From an uncultured Terracidiphilus sp. (lineage in GTDB: Bacteria > Acidobacteriota > Terriglobia > Terriglobales > Acidobacteriaceae), in NCBI GenBank assembly GCA_964645855.1, contig CAZYDF010000007.1, positions 6,722 to 70,721 on the forward strand: a stretch of DNA of 64,000 nt. Reading direction: 5' to 3'. Below are positions 58,777 through 64,000 of this stretch, piece by piece. The position numbers were made by a program, and so were the translations under genes. Under the pieces are notes generated by a model. It made no database searches, was not told the DNA's origin, and was given only the letters and a program-made list of their open reading frames with translations. Numbering within the stretch: position 1 is the stretch's first letter; every line of letters begins with the position of its first letter.

Positions 58777-59589
58777 TCAGGATTGACCGGCGGCTACGGT
58801 GTGCGCTAACAGGCCCAATCCGGAGATGGAGATCTCTACCTTGTCGCCAGCTTGGAGAGGGCCCACGCCGGCTGGAGTGCCGGTGAGCACCAGGTCTCCG
58901 GGCTCCAGGGTGATGGCGGCGGAGATGAAGCGCAACAGCTCAGGAATGGGGAAGATGAAGTCGACGGTGGAGGCGCTCTGGCGCAGCTCACCATTGATAC
59001 GGGTTTCGAGCGTGACGCCCGTGGTGGGGTCGATCTCGTCGGAGACCACGGGGCCGACGGGGCAGAAGGTGTCAAAACCCTTGGCGCGGGTCCACTGCAC
59101 GTCCTTCTTCTGCAGGTCGCGGGCGCTCACGTCGTCGGCCAGGGTGAAACCGCGGACAAACTGCCGCCAGTCGTCGTTGGGGCTGAGCTTGCGGATGCGC
59201 TTGCCGATGACCAGCGCCAGTTCGCCCTCAAAGTCCACGCGCTCGCTTTGGTGGGGCAGCCGCACGATGCCGCCCGGCGCGAGTAAGGACGAAGGGGGTT
59301 TGAAGAAGAGGAGCGGCTCGGTGGGCAGCTCGTTGCCAAGCTCCTTCACGTGGTCGCGGTAGTTGCGGCCCACGCAGACCATCTTGGACGGAGTGACCGG
59401 GGCCAGCAACTGGGCAGCGCTGAGAGGCATAGGCGGAAAGCTGGCCGGGGCCTTGTCTCGGGCAGCTAGCAAGCAGCGCAGGTCTTCTTCCGGGATGGGA
59501 GCGGGAGCCACAATCCAGGGCTCGGCGCTGCGGTCTTCCACCAGACCGTAGTGCACCTGATCGTCCAGCAAAAAGCGGCAATACTTCAT
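58777..59589 (-). CDS. Fumarylacetoacetate hydrolase family protein
   Basis: CVGRNY..H, FFKPPSS, DFEGEL, DVSARDLQ, AKGFDTF, TGTPAGVG. Confidence 0.9.
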   Translation of the reverse strand: MKYCRFLLDDQVHYGLVEDRSAEPWIVAPAPIPEEDLRCLLAARDKAPASFPPMPLSAAQLLAPVTPSKMVCVGRNYRDHVKELGNELPTEPLLFFKPPSSLLAPGGIVRLPHQSERVDFEGELALVIGKRIRKLSPNDDWRQFVRGFTLADDVSARDLQKKDVQWTRAKGFDTFCPVGPVVSDEIDPTTGVTLETRINGELRQSASTVDFIFPIPELLRFISAAITLEPGDLVLTGTPAGVGPLQAGDKVEISISGLGLLAHTVAAGQS

Positions 59590-59615
59590 AGCAAGACCTC
59601 CAAATTTCCAGCACG

Positions 59616-59792
59616 GGCACCTGCGGTGCGGTCAACCGCTTCGCGCGAAAGGCAGAAGCAGTATGTCTGCTGCGTGCAATGCCCTCAGGGGCTAAAGCCC
59701 TTGTTGATTTAAAATCACTTACGGCACGACTAAAGTCGTACCCTGACGCTTCTTGCCATCCCTTGAGAGTCCTTCCTCAGCCTGTAAAGCCC
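59616..59792. repeat. Composite repeat: GCACCGCAGGTGC/CGCGAAGCG module plus family C REPs
   Basis: Shares blocks with 26771-26803, 38487-38540 and 25237-25300. Confidence 0.75.
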
Positions 59793-60001
59793 CAGTTTGC
59801 AGCGGGGGCGGCTTTCGGAACGACTATAGCGAAACTAGAGTTGCTTTATCCCGAAGCCAATGCATTCAAGTCTACGCGACCATCAGGGAGCGGCGACCTT
59901 GCAGAAAACGGCCAGGACACACCGACTCTGGTTTCGCTCTAAAGTCACGCCTGCTGCAAAACGTCCTGCCAACGGGGCTCCATCTGCCGGAGTCAGAGAA
60001 A

Positions 60002-61102
60002 TCATTCCGCAGGAACGTTTTCCTCGGTTTCGGCGGAGCGTGGGCTCTCGCGATTGCCTTGATCGACGGCAGTAACGACATAGCGGTAGGTGTGGCCGGG
60101 CCGCACGGTGGCGTCGTGGAAGGCTGGTGCGGGCAGTGGCTTGGCGGGTGAGACCCGCTGCCAAGCGCCATCGGCTTCGCGACGGTAGACCACGTAGCCG
60201 GCCACGTCGGCTTCCGTGCCGGGTTGCCAGTTCAGGTCCACAACTGCACCCGACTCCGGCGCTCCGGCCACGGCGGCCAGCCCCTGCGGTGCGTCCGGAG
60301 GAAAGACGTCGCGGACATCGACGTTGATGGCGTTCGACGGGGCTCCGGCCAGCTCCAGGGTCTGATCGTCCACGGTGACGCGGGCCACGCGCTGGGCGCG
60401 ATACTCGTAGCTTTCGCCAAAGCGTGGGGTGCGGTCCAGGGCGCGACCCTCCGCCACACGAGCGGTGATGAGCAGATTCTGGGTGGCGGGCTCGGGAGGG
60501 GCCTCAAACGGATCGGTCTTCTTCTTTTCAAGATGCGGAGTGAGGAGGCGGCGTTCCAACCGAACGGAGGTTGCATCGCCGGCGACAGGTGTCCAATGCA
60601 GCACCACGCCGGCCTTGCGGACCTCTGCCTGGAACGCGGTAACAGGCGGCGGCGCCTGGCCAGCCACCACGTGGGCCAAGTTCGAGGGACCGGCCGACTT
60701 GCCGCGCAGATTCTCAACCTGGACAAAGTAGGCCAGCGCGCGAGGTGAGCCAGCCACCAACGCGGCGGGAATCTGCTCCGTGAAGACGCCCGGCGCGCTG
60801 GGTGCAAGCGTTACCTGACCGGCAGAGGAACAGGTGGCGTCATGGCCCTCGCTGCGGCAGATCTTGACGCGCAGCGAATCCTTGAGCAACAACTGGTCAG
60901 TGTTGCGACGGGGCATGGTCCAGGCCAGCGAAACCTCGTCACCGGTGCGTACGGCGCGCAGATCGTGAACCGGTTGGGGCAGATTCAACGAAGGCGGCTG
61001 GGGTGCGCCCGGCATCCCACAGCCCACCGCCAGCAGGCAGGTTGCGATTGCGGCCTGCGCCAACCACCGCGAGGGTTCCCAACAGTATTGTCCAGCTTCC
61101 AT
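60002..61102 (-). CDS. Fibronectin type III domain lipoprotein
   Basis: AVGCG.PG.P.PPSL lipobox; FN3-like W..P..Y patterns; Y.VTAVDQGNRES. Confidence 0.8.
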   Translation of the reverse strand: MEAGQYCWEPSRWLAQAAIATCLLAVGCGMPGAPQPPSLNLPQPVHDLRAVRTGDEVSLAWTMPRRNTDQLLLKDSLRVKICRSEGHDATCSSAGQVTLAPSAPGVFTEQIPAALVAGSPRALAYFVQVENLRGKSAGPSNLAHVVAGQAPPPVTAFQAEVRKAGVVLHWTPVAGDATSVRLERRLLTPHLEKKKTDPFEAPPEPATQNLLITARVAEGRALDRTPRFGESYEYRAQRVARVTVDDQTLELAGAPSNAINVDVRDVFPPDAPQGLAAVAGAPESGAVVDLNWQPGTEADVAGYVVYRREADGAWQRVSPAKPLPAPAFHDATVRPGHTYRYVVTAVDQGNRESPRSAETEENVPAE

Positions 61103-61221
61103 AGCCCTCTCAGTCTACCGGAGCAGGCTGCGCCTCCACCACCAACTGTGGAGAGTAGGAGTGCGCTTCAGCTCGTCCCAACCCTGTCACTTCCATTATT
61201 CTTCTTCATAGGGGTAAAGAG

Positions 61222-62427
61222 ATGCCGAACGTGACGATGAATCCCGCGAAATTGAAAAAGGTGCTGACCGCACTGGAAGGCAACTGGCAGGCGGAGATGG
61301 AAGGGTTCCACACCTACCAGGCGCTGGCCGACCGCGATACCGACCCGATCCGCGCCCAGGTGCTGCGTCATCTGGCCCAAGCCGAGCATGACCACGCCAG
61401 CCTGTGGCTGGGGCGGATTCATGAGCTGGGCGGCACTGATCCGGTGTACAGCGGCAACCCCGGCGGCGAGGCCGATTCGCTGGCCAACCGCGCGGGCGGC
61501 ATCCGCATGGCGCTACGCCGGCTGGAGATTGAAGAGAGCCGCCACATTGCCACCTACGGCGAGCAGCTGAAAGCACTGGGCGATGAAGAGTCCGTGGCCA
61601 TTTTGAACCACGTGATCGAGGACGAGAAGGATCACTATCGCGAGCTGGGTTCGCTGCTGCGCGGCCACTACCTGGCCCCGGCCAACGCACCCAAGATCGA
61701 CGCCAAGGCGGTGCTCGATGAGATGCTGGCCAAGCGCGCCCAGGGACGCAAGCAGCCCGGGGCCTGGATTGGCGACGCCATCTATGGCGTGAACGACGGC
61801 CTGGGCGCGATCTTTGGCATCGTCTCCGGCGTCTCCGGTGCCACCGCGGGCGACGGCAAGTACGTACTGCTGGCAGGCTTGAGCGGCCTGATAGCTTCGG
61901 CGCTTTCCATGGGATCGGGTGCCTATCTGGCGGCCAAGAGCGAGCGCGAGATCTACGACGCGGAGATCGATCGCGAGCGGGAAGCCATCACCATGAACGC
62001 CCCCGAGGCGCGCGAACTTCTGGCCCTCTACTACCAGGTCAAGGGCCTGCCGGAAGAAGACGCGCACAAGATGGTAAACCACATCGCCAACGATCCCGAC
62101 CAGTTCCTGAAGGCTCTGGCCAGCGAGCGGCTGGGTACCAGCGAAGAAGCGCTTTCGAATCCGATGGTCTCCGCCGTTTCAGGCGCCATCTCAACCGCCG
62201 TGGGTGCGGCAATTCCCATCATTCCCTTCTTCTTCCTGCATGGCATGCCGGCGGTGATCGCAGCGGCGGTGATTTCGCTCGCGGCACACTTTGCGGTGGG
62301 CGCGGCCAAGTCGCTGATCACGGTGCGGTCGTGGTGGTCCTCAGGCATGGAGATGACGGTGGTGGGCGCGCTGGAAGGCGCTGTGACCTACGGCATCGGC
62401 GTGCTGCTGGGCGCGGGCGGCATGTAA
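61222..62427 (+). CDS. Rubrerythrin/ferritin-like domain fused to VIT1/CCC1 transporter (MbfA-like)
   Basis: N-terminal E..Y, EHDH and EKDH di-iron motifs; VIT1 motifs YGVNDGL and SMGSGAYLA.KSE. Confidence 0.85.
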   Translation: MPNVTMNPAKLKKVLTALEGNWQAEMEGFHTYQALADRDTDPIRAQVLRHLAQAEHDHASLWLGRIHELGGTDPVYSGNPGGEADSLANRAGGIRMALRRLEIEESRHIATYGEQLKALGDEESVAILNHVIEDEKDHYRELGSLLRGHYLAPANAPKIDAKAVLDEMLAKRAQGRKQPGAWIGDAIYGVNDGLGAIFGIVSGVSGATAGDGKYVLLAGLSGLIASALSMGSGAYLAAKSEREIYDAEIDREREAITMNAPEARELLALYYQVKGLPEEDAHKMVNHIANDPDQFLKALASERLGTSEEALSNPMVSAVSGAISTAVGAAIPIIPFFFLHGMPAVIAAAVISLAAHFAVGAAKSLITVRSWWSSGMEMTVVGALEGAVTYGIGVLLGAGGM

Positions 62428-62743
62428 ATCGATCTGTAACCGCTGAAGTACCAGGAAAAAAACGAAATCCCCTCAAAACAAGAGGGGATTTCGTGCACTC
62501 TCTTCAAAACGGAATTTTCCGGCGCGCAGATATTCCTCAACCGCTTCTCCTGAAATTATTTCGACATCCTTGTCCTGAACATGCACCCATCAACCCATGA
62601 TTGGGCGAGGTTTCAATCTACGGTTGCAAGCAGAGAATCCTGGATATGGATCTAGTGCCTCGCGTTCATCGGAGGCGAGAGCCGGGCAAGGAATAGCCCC
62701 CCTCGAGGATTCAAAGTGTCCAGCCGGCCTGGTGCCGGGCAAG

Positions 62744-62784
62744 AAAACGCGGGGCGCGGACTGCAGTCCGTGCCCCGCGTTGTT
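62744..62784. terminator. Intrinsic terminator after ppdK
   Basis: AACGCGGGGC..GCCCCGCGTT stem. Confidence 0.7.
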
Positions 62785-62840
62785 CTATCTTCCTCGCAAA
62801 GCTTCAGTAGCCCGGCGAGGATTTGCGTCGCTGGTGCGGC

Positions 62841-64000
62841 TTACTTGGAGCCGCCTCCCATGGTGCCGTTCTTCTCTTCAAGCGCGGCCTGTGCGGCTGC
62901 CAAGCGGGCCGTCAACAAACGGAACGGGGAGCAGCTGACGTAGTTGAGGCCGATCTTGTGGCAGAACTTGACGGACTCAGGATCGCCGCCATGCTCGCCG
63001 CAGATACCGACCTTCAGGTTCGGACGGGTGTTGCGTCCCTTGGCCGTGGCCATCTTCACCAAGAGTCCCACGCCCTGCTGGTCCAGCGTGGCGAAGGGAT
63101 CCTGTTTGAAGATGCCGTTCTTCATGTAGGCCGGCAGGAAGTTGTTGATGTCGTCTCTCGAAATTCCGAAAGTCGTCTGGGTCAGATCGTTGGTGCCGAA
63201 GCTGAAGAACTCAGCTTCTTCGGCGATCTGATCAGCGGTGAGGGCCGCGCGGGGCAGCTCGATCATGGTGCCCACCATGTACTCCACCGACTCGCCCTTT
63301 TCCTTGAAGACTTCCCCGGCGACGCGGCGCACAATGGCGGACTGGTTGCGCATTTCCTCCACCGAGCCGATGAGCGGGATCATGATCTCGGGCTTCGGAT
63401 CGCCGCCCTTGGCCTTGACCGCAACCGCGGCTTCAAAGATGGCGCGGACCTGCATCTCGGTGATCTCCGGGAAGGTGATGCCGAGGCGGCAGCCACGCAG
63501 GCCGAGCATCGGATTCATCTCATGGAGTTCTTCCACACGAGCCAGCAGCGGACGCAGTTCCTTGAGCTTGGGCGAACGCGGCTTGGTGTCTTCCAGGTGC
63601 TTGATCTCCACCAGCAGCTCTTCGCGCTTGGGCAGGAACTCGTGCAGCGGAGGATCCAGAAGGCGGATCGTCACCGACATTCCGTCCATCGACTTGAACA
63701 GGCCCGCAAAGTCAGCGCGCTGCATGGGTAGCAGCTGCTTCAGGGCTTCGCGACGGTCCTTCTCGTTGTTGGCCAGAATCATGGCGCGCATCAGCTCAAT
63801 GCGATCTTCGGCAAAGAACATGTGCTCGGTGCGGCAGAGCCCGATGCCCTCGGCTCCAAACAGAACGGCCTGCTTGGCGTCGCGAGGAATGTCGGCATTG
63901 GCGCGGATCTTGAGGCGGCGAACCGGATCGACCCAGGCCATGAACTTGACCAAATCTGGATCGTCTGGCTGCGCGGGCAGAGTCTTGAGCTGTCCGTGAA
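62841..64000 (-). CDS. ppdK: Pyruvate phosphate dikinase, 3' part
   Basis: [61 protein letters not shown]. Confidence 0.96.
   Translation of the reverse strand, partial: HGQLKTLPAQPDDPDLVKFMAWVDPVRRLKIRANADIPRDAKQAVLFGAEGIGLCRTEHMFFAEDRIELMRAMILANNEKDRREALKQLLPMQRADFAGLFKSMDGMSVTIRLLDPPLHEFLPKREELLVEIKHLEDTKPRSPKLKELRPLLARVEELHEMNPMLGLRGCRLGITFPEITEMQVRAIFEAAVAVKAKGGDPKPEIMIPLIGSVEEMRNQSAIVRRVAGEVFKEKGESVEYMVGTMIELPRAALTADQIAEEAEFFSFGTNDLTQTTFGISRDDINNFLPAYMKNGIFKQDPFATLDQQGVGLLVKMATAKGRNTRPNLKVGICGEHGGDPESVKFCHKIGLNYVSCSPFRLLTARLAAAQAALEEKNGTMGGGSK

Noticed and set aside
33308..64000. ppc and ppdK as a linked C4-like module
   Set aside because: They are about 27 kb apart, not co-transcribed, and both are common anaplerotic genes.

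Overview
GC-rich bacterial chromosomal segment, most likely from an Acidobacteriaceae-type acidobacterium. This is inferred from a TIGR03435-like domain, the style of the intergenic repeats and the gene order. Most of it is core genome: rlmB, fabZ-lpxA-lpxI, mltD, lepA, skp-bamA, an RND efflux triad, cysK-cysE, ppc, dnaB-ispE-tRNA-Gln-prs-rplY-pth-rpsF-rpsR-rplI, tal and ppdK. The most notable feature is a short-repeat mobilome. A lone HUH/Y1 (RAYT/IS200-like) transposase sits between lpxA and lpxI inside ~190-200 bp inverted arms built from C-GNA-G minihairpins. At least five families of palindromic or 7/8-mer repeats are scattered across the window: one abuts TAG stop codons, and others have entered coding sequence (in frame in ispE, and at the 3' end of pth). 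Other leads are a leaderless Cys-containing micro-ORF (MRRCR) ahead of cysK-cysE, a promoter plus structured segment inside ispE, a frameshifted glutathione peroxidase, a histone H1-like protein with an acidic N-terminus, and an AT-rich locus with IHF and DnaA-box motifs. All calls come from reading the sequence by eye; no searches were run.
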